Below are positions 28,117 to 37,721 of a stretch of 64,000 bases of DNA, one piece after another (position 1 is the first letter of the stretch; the number at the start of each line of letters is the position of its first letter). Position numbers and translations under genes: made by a program. Source of the stretch: an uncultured Roseicyclus sp. (GTDB lineage: Bacteria; Pseudomonadota; Alphaproteobacteria; Rhodobacterales; Rhodobacteraceae). The notes under the pieces are model-generated. The model saw only the letters and a program-made list of their open reading frames with translations, did no database searches and had not been told where the DNA came from. The stretch lies in the NCBI GenBank assembly GCA_937139335.1, contig CAKZPN010000006.1:59959-123958 (forward strand), given 5' to 3'.

Positions 28117-29220
28117 TCAGCCCTCGATCTTCTGGCGTTCGCCGGTCACCGCTGCCGTTTCGACGGCGGCGACAAGTCGGCTGTTGTGCAGGGCATGGGC
28201 GAAGCCCGGCGTCTCGTGTGTGCCTGCCGCGAGGTCGCGCGCAAGCGATGCGTAGACCTCGCCCACGTTGATCGAGGCGCCCGTCCAGATCGGATCCGCC
28301 GTCGGGCCGATGCCACTGGCGACAGGCGCGTCGGGCGCAGCGAACCGGACACTGGAGGACAGCACCAGATCGCCGACCTGGACCCCGGCGGGGTGATCGC
28401 CGGTGAGCTTCAGCCAGCCGTCGGCGCCGCGGATCTCGAACGTGAAACCGGCGTCGTCCGGCGCGACGCCCGCCAGCACCTGGACAGAGACGGGCGCGCC
28501 GCTTGTTGTCTTGGCGATCATGTCGAGGTGATCGGGAATGTCGCGCAGCGATGTCTCGCCGGTATCGACGATCTCGATCTCGGGCCACAGAAGCTCGGTG
28601 CGGGCATCGACCTCGGTGATATCCCCCAGCACCGTCTCGATCACGTCAAGGACATGTCCGGTCGCGATCGTCATGAAACTGGCACCCGAGGCGGCCTTGT
28701 TGAAGTAGTCGTAGGCCGCGGGCGATTGCGGACCGTAGCCGAAGGTCGTGGCGCCCACACGGGCCGACATGATCCGCCCCAGCTGGCCCGACGTGATGAT
28801 GTCGCGCGCCCGACGGACGGCCGGGTTGTGCCGTCCCTGCAGGCCGATCGCGGTGTGCAGCGTCCCGGTGGCGGCCGCCATCTCCTCGGTCTCCGCCAGT
28901 GTCGCGCCGAGCGGGGATTCGCTATAGACGGCCTTGCCTGCCTTCAGCGCCGCCAGCACGAGCTCGCGGTGTGCCGGAACCTTCACCGCAACGGTGATGA
29001 TGTCGATGCTGTCGTCCGTGATCATTTCGTAGGGGTCGGAAAACCATTTCTCCGCCCCGAAGGCCTTGGCGGCGGCCTTCGCGCTTTCTTCGCGGCGGGT
29101 GGCCACGGCGGCCAGGGTCAGGCCGGGCTGCGCCTGCAGCGCGGGAACGTGCGATGCGCCGGCCCAGCTTGCTTGTGTGTCTGCGCCGATGATCCCGACG
29201 CGAAATGTCCTGTTCGGCAT
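28117..29220 (-). CDS. Gfo/Idh/MocA family oxidoreductase
   Basis: 367 aa with an N-terminal FRVGIIGA Rossmann region and an AVYSESPLG (EKP-like) block. Confidence 0.9.
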   Translation of the reverse strand: MPNRTFRVGIIGADTQASWAGASHVPALQAQPGLTLAAVATRREESAKAAAKAFGAEKWFSDPYEMITDDSIDIITVAVKVPAHRELVLAALKAGKAVYSESPLGATLAETEEMAAATGTLHTAIGLQGRHNPAVRRARDIITSGQLGRIMSARVGATTFGYGPQSPAAYDYFNKAASGASFMTIATGHVLDVIETVLGDITEVDARTELLWPEIEIVDTGETSLRDIPDHLDMIAKTTSGAPVSVQVLAGVAPDDAGFTFEIRGADGWLKLTGDHPAGVQVGDLVLSSSVRFAAPDAPVASGIGPTADPIWTGASINVGEVYASLARDLAAGTHETPGFAHALHNSRLVAAVETAAVTGERQKIEG

Positions 29221-29358
29221 GTCGTTATGCTCCGTAAGTCTGGATTGAGGCGCTCCGGGGCGCCGGCTTCAGACAGGTATGCGGGGCATGTCGTACTTTG
29301 AAATCGATAGATCGTATGCGGGATCATCCACCAGATGGATGGCGTCGCGCGGCGCAGG

Positions 29359-30321
29359 TCAGGCGTCGAAATTGTCCTGAACCATGCCGGAGCAGAGCTG
29401 TTGCGACTGCTGCCAGATATTCGGAAATGCGCCGAGGACACAGGCGCGGAGCCAGCGCTGCGCGGGGTGGCTGTCGTTGCGGCGATGCCAGGACAGCACG
29501 AAGGGAGTCGGATTGAGCGGCAACGGAAAGTCCTGAAGGGCAAGTCTGTCGGCATGTCCCGACTGGACGACCTCGCTTTCCATGACCGTCGCGATCATGT
29601 CGGTTTCCGCGACGATGCGCAGCGCCGTCGGCGTAGAGGACACCGTGACAGCCGTGCGCCGCTTCACCCCCTTGGTCGCCAGCGCCGCGTCCGCGACGTC
29701 GAGACCGTCATTGTCCGGCGAAACGATCACGTGCGGGAACCGAAGGAAGGTCTCGAGATCGAGAAGGGCGTTGGCGGCCGGGTGATCTCTGCGGAGCACG
29801 CAGACAAAGCGGTCCTGGAACAACCGCGCCGTGGAGATCCGGCCGGTCGCGGATGGCGGCACCCCGACGGCCATGTCGATATCGCCCTGGTCGAGCATGC
29901 GGATCGCGTCGTCGCGGCCGATGTTGCTCTGCACTCGCAGGTCGACGCCGGGGGCTCTCTGCGCCAGGATCGGCACCAGCCGGGGCATCAGCACCGTCTC
30001 GGCGTGGCTGGACAGCCCGAGCGTTGCCGTCATGCTGGCTGTCGCCGGGTCGAAATCCTGCGTGAAGGACAGGGTCCGCTGAAGCTCGAGCAAGGCCGCC
30101 GAAATCGGCTCGGCCAGTTCCAGCGCCCGCAGCGTGGGCTGCAGACCGGACGGGCCGCGCACGAAAAGTTCGTCGCGAAGGACGTGCCTGAGCCGGGACA
30201 ATGCCGCGCTCATTGCCGGTTGGGTGCGTCCGACCCGCGCGCCCGCGCGGGTGACATTCCGCTCCGCCATCAAGGCATCGAAGGCGACGAGGAGGTTCAG
30301 GTCGATGCCATGCAGGTTCAT
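29359..30321 (-). CDS. LysR family transcriptional regulator (NodD/LeuO-like N-terminus)
   Basis: ORF 29359..30357 trimmed to the ATG at 30321 (MNLHGIDLNLLVAFDALMAERNVTRAGARVGRTQPAMSAALSRLR). Confidence 0.85.
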   Translation of the reverse strand: MNLHGIDLNLLVAFDALMAERNVTRAGARVGRTQPAMSAALSRLRHVLRDELFVRGPSGLQPTLRALELAEPISAALLELQRTLSFTQDFDPATASMTATLGLSSHAETVLMPRLVPILAQRAPGVDLRVQSNIGRDDAIRMLDQGDIDMAVGVPPSATGRISTARLFQDRFVCVLRRDHPAANALLDLETFLRFPHVIVSPDNDGLDVADAALATKGVKRRTAVTVSSTPTALRIVAETDMIATVMESEVVQSGHADRLALQDFPLPLNPTPFVLSWHRRNDSHPAQRWLRACVLGAFPNIWQQSQQLCSGMVQDNFDA

Positions 30322-30501
30322 GAAATGCAATCTAGGCGTGCGCTGCGACAACTGCAAGAAACGGCGGCCGGGGCAAATAATGACGGCCGGACCCGCCAGT
30401 CACTTCGGCAAATTCGAATTGTTGGGGCGGGATGGGACGCCTAAGCTCGGCGGACGAGGCGGAGGGCCGCCCCGACACCCGAAACAGTTCAGGGGTATTC
30501 C

Positions 30502-31392
30502 ATGGATCGCATCGACGCGATGCGCGTGTTCGCCCGGATCGTCGAAACCCGCAGTTTCAGTCAGGCTGCCCGCGATCTGGGCATCCCGGCCTCGACGGCA
30601 ACCGACGCCGTCAAGAGGATCGAGCGGATGCTCGGTGTGCGCCTGATCGACCGCTCCACGCGTGTCGTGGCGCCCACGCTCGACGGTCAGGCGTGGTATG
30701 AGCGGTGCCTCGCGCTCATCGCCGCGATGGAAGATGCCGAGGCGGCCTTCAGCGGCGGCAGCGCCACGGGCCGGCTCCATGTCAATGTCCACGGATCGCT
30801 GGCGCGTCATTTCATCTTGCCGCGCCTGCCGGAGTTTCTGGACAGCCATCCCGACCTCGACCTGATCCTGTCGGAAGGCGATGCCCTCATCGACCTGGTG
30901 AAGGCGGGCGTCGACTGCGTGGTCAGGGTCGGCACGCCTGCAGACAGCGACCTTTTCGCGAGACGGCTGGGCGAGCTGCCGGAGGTGACGATCGCATCCG
31001 CGGCCTATGTCGAGCGCTTCGGCTACCCGGCCTCGCCGGACGATCTGGTCCGTCATCGCGTGATCGCCTTCCAGTCCTCGGTGACGGGCACACCGATGCC
31101 GCTGGAATTCCAGGTCGGCGGCCGCGTGGTCGAGTGCCGCCCGCCGGTGGTCTTGACCGTCACGGCGGCCGAAACCCTGGCAGCCGCCGTTCATCTCGGT
31201 CTCGGCATCATCCAGGCGCCTGCCTACCGCTTCGCCGAAGATCTCGCCACCGGGCGGCTTGTCGAGCTTCTGCCCGAAACGCGGCCCACGCCGTCGCCCG
31301 TGACGGCGCTCTATCCCAGGGACAGGCAGCTTTCCCCGAGGGTCAGAGTATTTCTCGACTGGATCGGAACCATCGACTTTCTCGGCACGTGA
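30502..31392 (+). CDS. LysR family transcriptional regulator
   Basis: 296 aa: MDRIDAMRVFARIVETRSFSQAARDLGIPASTATDAVKRIE. Divergent from the LysR gene at 30321. Confidence 0.9.
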   Translation: MDRIDAMRVFARIVETRSFSQAARDLGIPASTATDAVKRIERMLGVRLIDRSTRVVAPTLDGQAWYERCLALIAAMEDAEAAFSGGSATGRLHVNVHGSLARHFILPRLPEFLDSHPDLDLILSEGDALIDLVKAGVDCVVRVGTPADSDLFARRLGELPEVTIASAAYVERFGYPASPDDLVRHRVIAFQSSVTGTPMPLEFQVGGRVVECRPPVVLTVTAAETLAAAVHLGLGIIQAPAYRFAEDLATGRLVELLPETRPTPSPVTALYPRDRQLSPRVRVFLDWIGTIDFLGT

Positions 31393-31413
31393 CGATCAAG
31401 TTTGCCCGCGTCC

Positions 31414-32100
31414 TCAGGCGGCCAGCCGCGTCTTGACGTCCTCGAGCAGCCATCGCCCGGCCGGTCCGGGGACGCGGTCCGAGAGATGCGCGGCATAGAT
31501 GGTGAGCGGCAAATCCGGCCCCCGCGAGTCGTCCGCAAGCTCGAGCCGCACCAGCCGCCCCGTCGCGATATGGCCCTCCACGAGATGCCTCGGCATGCGA
31601 CACCAGCCCAACCCGGCCAGAAGGAAATCCATCCGCCGCGCCAGATCGACGAAGCGCCAAGGGGCGGAGCCGGTCAGGCCGTAGTCCGGGCCGTCGCGGT
31701 CCAAGGGGTCGGACAGCACGAGCTGGACATGACGTTCCAGGTCCGGGCGCTCGGCCGGCCGGGACAAGGTGGCAAGCGGGTGATCCGCCGCCGCCACGGC
31801 CAGCAGATCCGATTGGATCAGCGGAGTCGCGATCACGTCACCCGGCACGGTTGGCAGAAGAAGGCAGATCGCCAGATCGGCCTGGCCGCTCCGCAATCGG
31901 CGCAGCGCGCCGCCAAGACCTTCGGTCGAGAAACTGATCGGCAGGTGCGGATATGTCTCGTGCAGGACCCGCAGGCTCTCGAACAGCGGCCCCGACGGCA
32001 CCAGCGGGTCGATCGCAAGGGCCAGTTCCTGAGCCAGCAGCACGCGCCCCGTGCCGGTGAGGACCGGCCGGTGGCCGCTCCGATCAAAGAGCGTGGCCGC
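31414..32100 (-). pseudogene. LysR family regulator remnant lacking about the first 50 codons (HTH)
   Basis: The reading frame begins directly after an in-frame TAG (plus-strand cta at 32101-32103) with ...[24 protein letters not shown], which is the end of a LysR wHTH. The region that should encode the HTH is occupied by the azoR remnant on the other strand. Confidence 0.7.
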
Positions 32101-32101
32101 C

Positions 32102-32545
32102 TATTTCACGCCGCCGGGTGCCCAGACGGCGGAGATGAAGGATGAGCTGCGCCAGTCCGACGATCTGGTTCAGGAACTGTTGGCTGCGGACGAGCTGATC
32201 ATCTCGACCCCGGTCTACGATTACAACGTTCCCGCCAGCCTCAAGGCCTGGATTGACCACATCGTGCGCAAGGGGCTCACACTGGGCTTCGACGGCAGCG
32301 GCCTCGTCACCGGAAAGAAGGCGACCATCGTGATCGCCTCCGGCGGCGTCTACGGGCAGCGTTCTCCCAACGCCGACAGGAACATCGCGCCGCAGTATCT
32401 GAAACTCATCCTCGGGGTTCTCGGAATTGCCGATGTCACCGTCATCCATGGTGAAGGCGCGAAGGCGGTGGATCTGGGCGAGAAATCCATGATGGAGTTC
32501 GTCGAGGATCACGCGGGCCAGATGCGGCAGCTCGACCGGGCCTGA
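32102..32545 (+). pseudogene. azoR: FMN-dependent NADH-azoreductase (AzoR-like) remnant lacking about 60 N-terminal codons
   Basis: ...[39 protein letters not shown]...[14 protein letters not shown]... matches the AzoR core, but the N-terminal flavodoxin-like beta1/phosphate-binding loop is absent. The N-terminus of the listed ORF is antisense LysR sequence. Confidence 0.7.
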
Positions 32546-32598
32546 GATGACCGGTGCCGGGTCGGGCATTGCCCCGACCCGGCACCTGGCACGGCGAC

Positions 32599-33735
32599 CT
32601 ATGCCGTCGCCTTCGCCGGAGCGTGCCGCGACTGGAACAGGCCGGCCACCAGGGCAAGGCCGGCGAAACTGGCGACGGCAACATCCGGCCCCAGCGTCTC
32701 CATGACGACACCGAAAACGGGCGCTCCGGCGGTCTGGCCGATGGCGATGGTGAGGAACGCGATCATCAGCCCGGTCGCAGGCCGGTCCGGCAGTGCGCGG
32801 ATGCCCCAGATCAGGTAGACGCCGGTGAGCATGACGTAGGCGGCGCCAAAGATCGCTCCGCCGAACAGCGCGAGAACGGCTGTCGTGAGCCCGGTCCCGA
32901 CCGCAAGGATGCTCGACGCCATCAGCGCCAGGAAGGCCCGGTGAACCGTATCGTGCCCGAACCGCGCTACGAGGCTGCCCGCCCAAGCCCCGGCAATCCC
33001 GCCGGCGCCGATGCCGCTCCACAAGATGCCGGTGCCGGTCGGGCCCCAGTGCAGGCTCTGCGACACGAGTTGCCCCCCGAACGACCACAAGGCCGTGCTT
33101 GCCGCGCCCATCAGGACCGCGGCGGCGACCAGGCGCAGGACGAGGCCGGTCAGGGGCGGAAACCCTCTGTCCCGTTCGGGCCCGCGCGACGCTGGCAGCG
33201 CGAACGTCGTGGTGATCGCCAGAATGATCGCCACGGCGGCGAAGGCCGCGAAGGCGAGGCGCCACTGCCCGGCGAGCGCCAGCGCGATCGGGCCCGAGAT
33301 GGCCACGCCGACGCTCGTGCCGGCATTGATGGTGGTGTTCGTCGCATCCTGTCGCGCCGGGCGCACGGCGGCGGCGACGGCGGCCGCCATGGGCGGAGAG
33401 GCCAGGCCGGTGCTCGACCCGGCCACGATCACGGCGACGGCCAGAATGCCCGCCGACGGCGCGAGCGCGATGCCCGCCATTCCGACCGCCGCGACCAGCG
33501 CGGCGAAGGTGGCGACGGCGCGCGGCCCGACACGCTCGGTCAGGGCAGCGGAGCCGATGATGGCGAGACAATAGCCCGCGAAGGACCCGCCGGAGATCAC
33601 GCCGCTCAGGCTCGGGCCGAGACCCAGTTCGGCGTCGATCTGCGGCAGGAACAAGCCGAAGGCGAACCGCGCAAAGCCGTAACAGACCGCGATCAGGCCG
33701 AAGCCCGTCGCACCGATGCGCAGGGCGGGGCTCAT
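32599..33735 (-). CDS. MFS transporter (YbfB/YjiJ-like)
   Basis: ORF 32599..34023 trimmed to the ATG at 33735 (MSPALRIGATGFGLIAVCYGFARFAFGLFLP). About 12 hydrophobic segments. The start overlaps the TetR stop (ATGA). Confidence 0.85.
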   Translation of the reverse strand: MSPALRIGATGFGLIAVCYGFARFAFGLFLPQIDAELGLGPSLSGVISGGSFAGYCLAIIGSAALTERVGPRAVATFAALVAAVGMAGIALAPSAGILAVAVIVAGSSTGLASPPMAAAVAAAVRPARQDATNTTINAGTSVGVAISGPIALALAGQWRLAFAAFAAVAIILAITTTFALPASRGPERDRGFPPLTGLVLRLVAAAVLMGAASTALWSFGGQLVSQSLHWGPTGTGILWSGIGAGGIAGAWAGSLVARFGHDTVHRAFLALMASSILAVGTGLTTAVLALFGGAIFGAAYVMLTGVYLIWGIRALPDRPATGLMIAFLTIAIGQTAGAPVFGVVMETLGPDVAVASFAGLALVAGLFQSRHAPAKATA

Positions 33736-34259
33736 GACCGCGCCCGGTCCACGAGAACGGCGGCCGCTGTCCGGGCAGCGGTGACGACCTCCGCACCGCG
33801 ATAGACCGCGGCATGCGTCGCGCCTTCGAACAGGACCAGCACCTGTTCGGCCAGCACCGGGTCGCCGCCGTTGCCAAGGTCGGCGGCGACAATCCCGGCT
33901 ATCCGTTTCTGGAACGCCGCCTTGTGAGCCGCGACCGCCTCGGCGATCTCGGGCGTATCGCCGCCGGTCTCGGCGCGCGTGCGCAGGAACAGGCAACCGC
34001 GCGCTCCTTCGGCCTCGATCCAATCCTCGAGCGCGGCGAAAAGCGCATCGACGGATTGCACCTCCAGCTGCTGCAGGAAGCGTCTGTCACGGCGCGCCAG
34101 CACGGTCGCCATGAGCTGCGCCTTGCTGCCCGCATGCTTGTAGAGTGTCCGGCTCGACATGCCGGCCGCCTCGGTCAGCCGGTCCATGCCGGACGCCGTG
34201 TAGCCGTGACGGTCGAACACCTGCTCGGCGGTATCGGCAAGCCTGGTCATCCTGTCCAT
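33732..34259 (-). CDS. TetR family transcriptional regulator
   Basis: 175 aa with HTH FDRHGYTASGMDRLTEAAGMSSRTLYKHAGSK. First gene of a two-gene unit with the MFS transporter. Confidence 0.85.
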   Translation of the reverse strand: MDRMTRLADTAEQVFDRHGYTASGMDRLTEAAGMSSRTLYKHAGSKAQLMATVLARRDRRFLQQLEVQSVDALFAALEDWIEAEGARGCLFLRTRAETGGDTPEIAEAVAAHKAAFQKRIAGIVAADLGNGGDPVLAEQVLVLFEGATHAAVYRGAEVVTAARTAAAVLVDRARS

Positions 34260-34292
34260 GGGATCTCTCCTTTGTCACGCTCCGCTGCCATA

Positions 34293-34312
34293 TGTAAAAC
34301 GAACGTTTTACA
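34293..34312. promoter_or_regulatory. perfect 9-2-9 palindrome (candidate TetR operator)
   Basis: TGTAAAACG-AA-CGTTTTACA, 34-53 nt upstream of the TetR ATG at 34259, in the AT-richest part of the TetR/RidA divergent gap. Confidence 0.5.
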
Positions 34313-34445
34313 CTGCAACCCCGCTTACTGCTCGGAAAGCATGACTTGCAGTCACCGCTGCCCGGAAACCCGTTCATGTCGGGAAGGCCTATCTTCGGAG
34401 GGTAGTCACAAACGAACGGCCTTCGCCGAAGCAACGGAGATCATC

Positions 34446-34853
34446 ATGACCAGACCGCTGACCCGCCTAAACCCTGCGGATCTTTTCGATTCCACCCAGA
34501 ACCACCACGCCCAGGGCACGCTCGTCGAGGATGGCCGCCTTGCCTTCTTTTCCGGCCAGATCGCCTGGCAGGCAGGTGCCGACGCGGCGCCCGAGTCTCT
34601 GGGTGCGCAGACGGAGCTTGTCTGCCGGAACCTCAAGATCTGCCTCGACAGCGTCGGCGCCTCGCCCGAGGACATCGTGAACCTGCGCGCCTATATCGTG
34701 GATTGGTCGCCCGAAATGGCTGCCGAGGTCTTCCCCCCGCTCGTGGCCTTTCTCGGCGGTGCGACGCCGTCCATGACCGGCCTCGGGGTCAGGTCGCTCT
34801 TCGGACCCGACCTGAAAATCGAGATCGAGATGGTGGTGCGGGTGCCCGAATGA
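34446..34853 (+). CDS. RidA/YjgF family protein
   Basis: ATG at 34446 inside ORF 33813..34853, with AACGGAGA upstream. 135 aa with ...FFSGQIAW...NLRAYIVDW...IEIEMVV, typical of the Rid family. Confidence 0.8.
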   Translation: MTRPLTRLNPADLFDSTQNHHAQGTLVEDGRLAFFSGQIAWQAGADAAPESLGAQTELVCRNLKICLDSVGASPEDIVNLRAYIVDWSPEMAAEVFPPLVAFLGGATPSMTGLGVRSLFGPDLKIEIEMVVRVPE

Positions 34854-34889
34854 TCTTGCTGACGGCTAGGGACGCGCGGACATCCGTCC

Positions 34890-36263
34890 TCAAACCAGCG
34901 CCATTTCCTCGACGTCGTTCAGGATGTCGCTCAACGCCAGAAGCGCGCGCCGCAGGCTTTCGGTGTTGTTTGCGGCGCCGAGGCAGATCCGGATCCCGCC
35001 TGTCAGCCCCGCGCCGGAGCTGATCGGGCTGGGTGCGGCAAGCGTAATGCCCTGCAAAGCCGCTTGCGCGACAAAATTGGACGCGGTGCGCCCGGCGGGC
35101 ATGATCAGCCAGGTGTGAAAGCAGGGCAGGGCCTTGGGAAACAGCAGGTCGCCGAGGATCTCCTGCGCGACGAGGGTGCGTTCCGCCGCCGCCGCGCGCT
35201 TGAGCTGCGCCTGGCGGTCCATCGCGCCGCTGGCCAGCAGCCGCACCACCGCCTCCGTCATGACCGCGTTGGCCATCCAGCCCGTCGAGCGGATCGCGTT
35301 CACGACTCTGTCGCGGAACTCGGGCGGGGCGGTCATGGCGCCCACGCGCAACCCCGGCGCGAGGCATTTCGAGAAGCTCATCACGTGAAAGCTGCGCTCG
35401 GGCAGGTAGGAGGACAGCGGTGCCTCCGGCTCCGGCATGAGGAAAGCGTAGACGTCATCCTCGACGATCCAGCCGTCGTGGCGCTGCACGATCTCGGCGA
35501 TCTCGCGGCGCCGCGCCTCGGGCATGATCGAGCCGGTCGCGGTCTGGAAGCTCGGCGTGCAGAACAGCACCTTGGCCCCGGTCTGCGCGAAGGCGGCGTC
35601 GAGCGAGGCGGGAACGATCCCGTCCTCGTCCATCTGCACCCCGTGCAGCGCGTACCCCTCCATCAGCGACAGCGCGGCGAGACCGGAATAGGTCAGGTTC
35701 TCGACCAGGATCCGGTCGCCCGGTTGGGCCAGCAGCCGCAGCGCGATGGAGATGGCGTGCTGCGCGCCGCTGGTGACGTAGAGATTGCTCTCCTCGGTGG
35801 TGCTGCCGTGGCGGCGGAACCAGTCGGCAATGGCCTTGCGGTGCCTGCGGATCCCCTGGTGGGGCAGGTAGCCGAGAATGTCCTTCAGGTCCGGGTCGGC
35901 GGCGATCTCGGCCAGCACGGTGGCCAGCGCGTCGGCCTCGCCGGTATCGGGCGGGGCGTTGAGCGCGAGGTTCACCCGCGCGGTTTCCGCGGTGACGGGG
36001 TCGTAGACGCCGAACTCGGCCTTGGGGCGCTGGACGAAGGTGCCGCGCCCGACCTGACCCGAGATCAGCCCGCGCCGTTCCGCCAGCGCATAGGCCTTGG
36101 ACACGGTGCCGACGCTCAGGTTGAGCGCGGAGGCCATTTCCCTGTGGGTCGGCAGCCGCTGGCCGGGGGCGACACGGCCGTTCATGATATCGTTGTGGAG
36201 TGCCGCCACGATCTGCACGTAGCGCGGGCCCTCGCCGAACGGGAGCGTCGGGTACCAGTCCAT
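34890..36263 (-). CDS. MocR-type GntR regulator (wHTH fused to a PLP aminotransferase-like domain)
   Basis: 457 aa. GntR wHTH (LPTHREMASALNLSVGTVSKAYALAERRGLI) plus a fold-type I domain with SFSKCLAPGLRVG (PLP lysine). GAGGA lies 5 nt upstream of the ATG. Confidence 0.9.
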   Translation of the reverse strand: MDWYPTLPFGEGPRYVQIVAALHNDIMNGRVAPGQRLPTHREMASALNLSVGTVSKAYALAERRGLISGQVGRGTFVQRPKAEFGVYDPVTAETARVNLALNAPPDTGEADALATVLAEIAADPDLKDILGYLPHQGIRRHRKAIADWFRRHGSTTEESNLYVTSGAQHAISIALRLLAQPGDRILVENLTYSGLAALSLMEGYALHGVQMDEDGIVPASLDAAFAQTGAKVLFCTPSFQTATGSIMPEARRREIAEIVQRHDGWIVEDDVYAFLMPEPEAPLSSYLPERSFHVMSFSKCLAPGLRVGAMTAPPEFRDRVVNAIRSTGWMANAVMTEAVVRLLASGAMDRQAQLKRAAAAERTLVAQEILGDLLFPKALPCFHTWLIMPAGRTASNFVAQAALQGITLAAPSPISSGAGLTGGIRICLGAANNTESLRRALLALSDILNDVEEMALV

Positions 36264-36291
36264 CTTTGTCCTCGCTTTTCAGAACGAATAG

Positions 36292-36309
36292 GACAATGTG
36301 GTAATTGTC
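36292..36309. promoter_or_regulatory. 6-6-6 inverted repeat in the MocR/operon divergent region
   Basis: GACAAT-gtggta-ATTGTC. A third ATTGTCC copy sits at 36452-36458. Other inverted repeats are at 36379-36389 (ATTGttgCAAT) and 36399-36412 (AATCCattcGGATT). Confidence 0.3.
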
Positions 36310-36497
36310 GCAATCCCCCAGGTGGAAAAAGTGCACCGACAGGAGGTTGAGCGGCAATCCGTCAGCGTGGCTGCCAGAATTGTTGCAATGCAGCATGAAA
36401 TCCATTCGGATTAAACCACAAAAACTGTAACTTTACGTTTGACCCGGCTGGATTGTCCTCTTACCCTTTTCGAAACGGAGAGGATCGGGGGGAGTCG

Positions 36498-36818
36498 ATG
36501 ATCTACGAAATGCGTGTCTACGAGCATGTGGAGGGCCGGGCCGACCAGGTCCGCGAGCGTTTCGAGGCCGAGGTTGCGCCAAGGCTCCCGAACCACGGGG
36601 TCGAGTTGCTCGGCGTGTTCACGGACGCGGAAACCGGCATGCTGACCTACCTCACCCGCTTCGAGAGCGAAGAGGCCCGCGATGCGGCCTGGGCGTCCTT
36701 CGGGGCGGACGAGGGGTGGAAATCGGCCAAGGCCGCGTCGGAGGTCGACGGGCCGCTGATCGCCCGGCAGCACAAGACGGTGCTGAAACCGGCGATGCGC
36801 GGACTGCCGATTTCCTGA
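36498..36818 (+). CDS. NIPSNAP family protein
   Basis: ATG at 36498 (GGGGGGAG upstream). MIYEMRVYE...VELLGVFT.E.G.L..L..F.S...R...W, typical of NIPSNAP. Confidence 0.8.
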   Translation: MIYEMRVYEHVEGRADQVRERFEAEVAPRLPNHGVELLGVFTDAETGMLTYLTRFESEEARDAAWASFGADEGWKSAKAASEVDGPLIARQHKTVLKPAMRGLPIS

Positions 36819-36848
36819 CTGCACGACCATCAAGGGAGGGAAGCGCGC

Positions 36849-37721
36849 GTGAAGGCCGCTCCATTCGACTATCTTCGACCCGGATCGGTGGGTGAGGCCT
36901 GCGAGGCGCTGGCCGCCGACATGGAGGCGCGCGTGCTTGCGGGCGGCCAGACGCTGGTGCCGATGCTGGCCATGCGCCTGTCGCGGCCGTCGCGGCTGGT
37001 CGACATCACCCGGCTTGAGGAACTGTCGCGGATCGACCGGGTCGAGGACGGCGTTGCCATCGGCGCTGCTGTGCGCCAGTGCATCGCCCTTCGGTCTGAT
37101 ATTATCGCGTCGGATGTGCCACTTCTGGCCGCCGCGCTGCCCCATGTCGGGCACCCGCCGACGCGGGCACGCGGCACGGTGGGCGGGTCGATCGCACATG
37201 GCGATCCCTCGGCCGAGATCGCGCTGGCCGCCACGATCCTCGATGCCCGCATCATGTTCCTTGCCGACGGTGAGGAGGAGGAATTTTCGCCCGAGGAGTT
37301 CTTCATCGGCCCGACTGTGACAATGGCCCCGTTGGGCGGGCTTTTGACCCGGGTGGTGTTCCCGAGCCGCCCATCCGGTCGCGTCGGGGCGGCCTTTCAC
37401 GAGATCGCGTCGCGGCGCAGCGACTACGCCTTCGCCTCGACCGGGGCGCAGGTGGTGCTCGACGGCGACGGAACCTGCACCGATGCGCTGCTGGGCGTGG
37501 GCAGCGTCGGCGACACGCCGGTCGCGCTGGACGTGAGCGCCCTGGCCGGCACCCGACTGGGCGAGGAGGACATTCGCGGCGCGGTCGAGGCGGCGCTGGA
37601 GGATCTCGATTGCGTCGACGACCTGCACGCCACCGCAACCTATCGCCGCCGTGCCGCGGCCCAGCTTGCCGCGCAGAGCCTGCGCAATGCCCGCGACCGC
37701 GCGGTGGAGGAGACCGCATGA
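36849..37721 (+). CDS. molybdenum hydroxylase FAD-binding (medium, CoxM-like) subunit
   Basis: GTG start with GGGAGGGA upstream. FDYLRP, LAGGQTLVPML and RARGTVGGSIAHGDP blocks of the FAD_binding_5/CO_deh_flav_C family. Confidence 0.9.
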   Translation: MKAAPFDYLRPGSVGEACEALAADMEARVLAGGQTLVPMLAMRLSRPSRLVDITRLEELSRIDRVEDGVAIGAAVRQCIALRSDIIASDVPLLAAALPHVGHPPTRARGTVGGSIAHGDPSAEIALAATILDARIMFLADGEEEEFSPEEFFIGPTVTMAPLGGLLTRVVFPSRPSGRVGAAFHEIASRRSDYAFASTGAQVVLDGDGTCTDALLGVGSVGDTPVALDVSALAGTRLGEEDIRGAVEAALEDLDCVDDLHATATYRRRAAAQLAAQSLRNARDRAVEETA

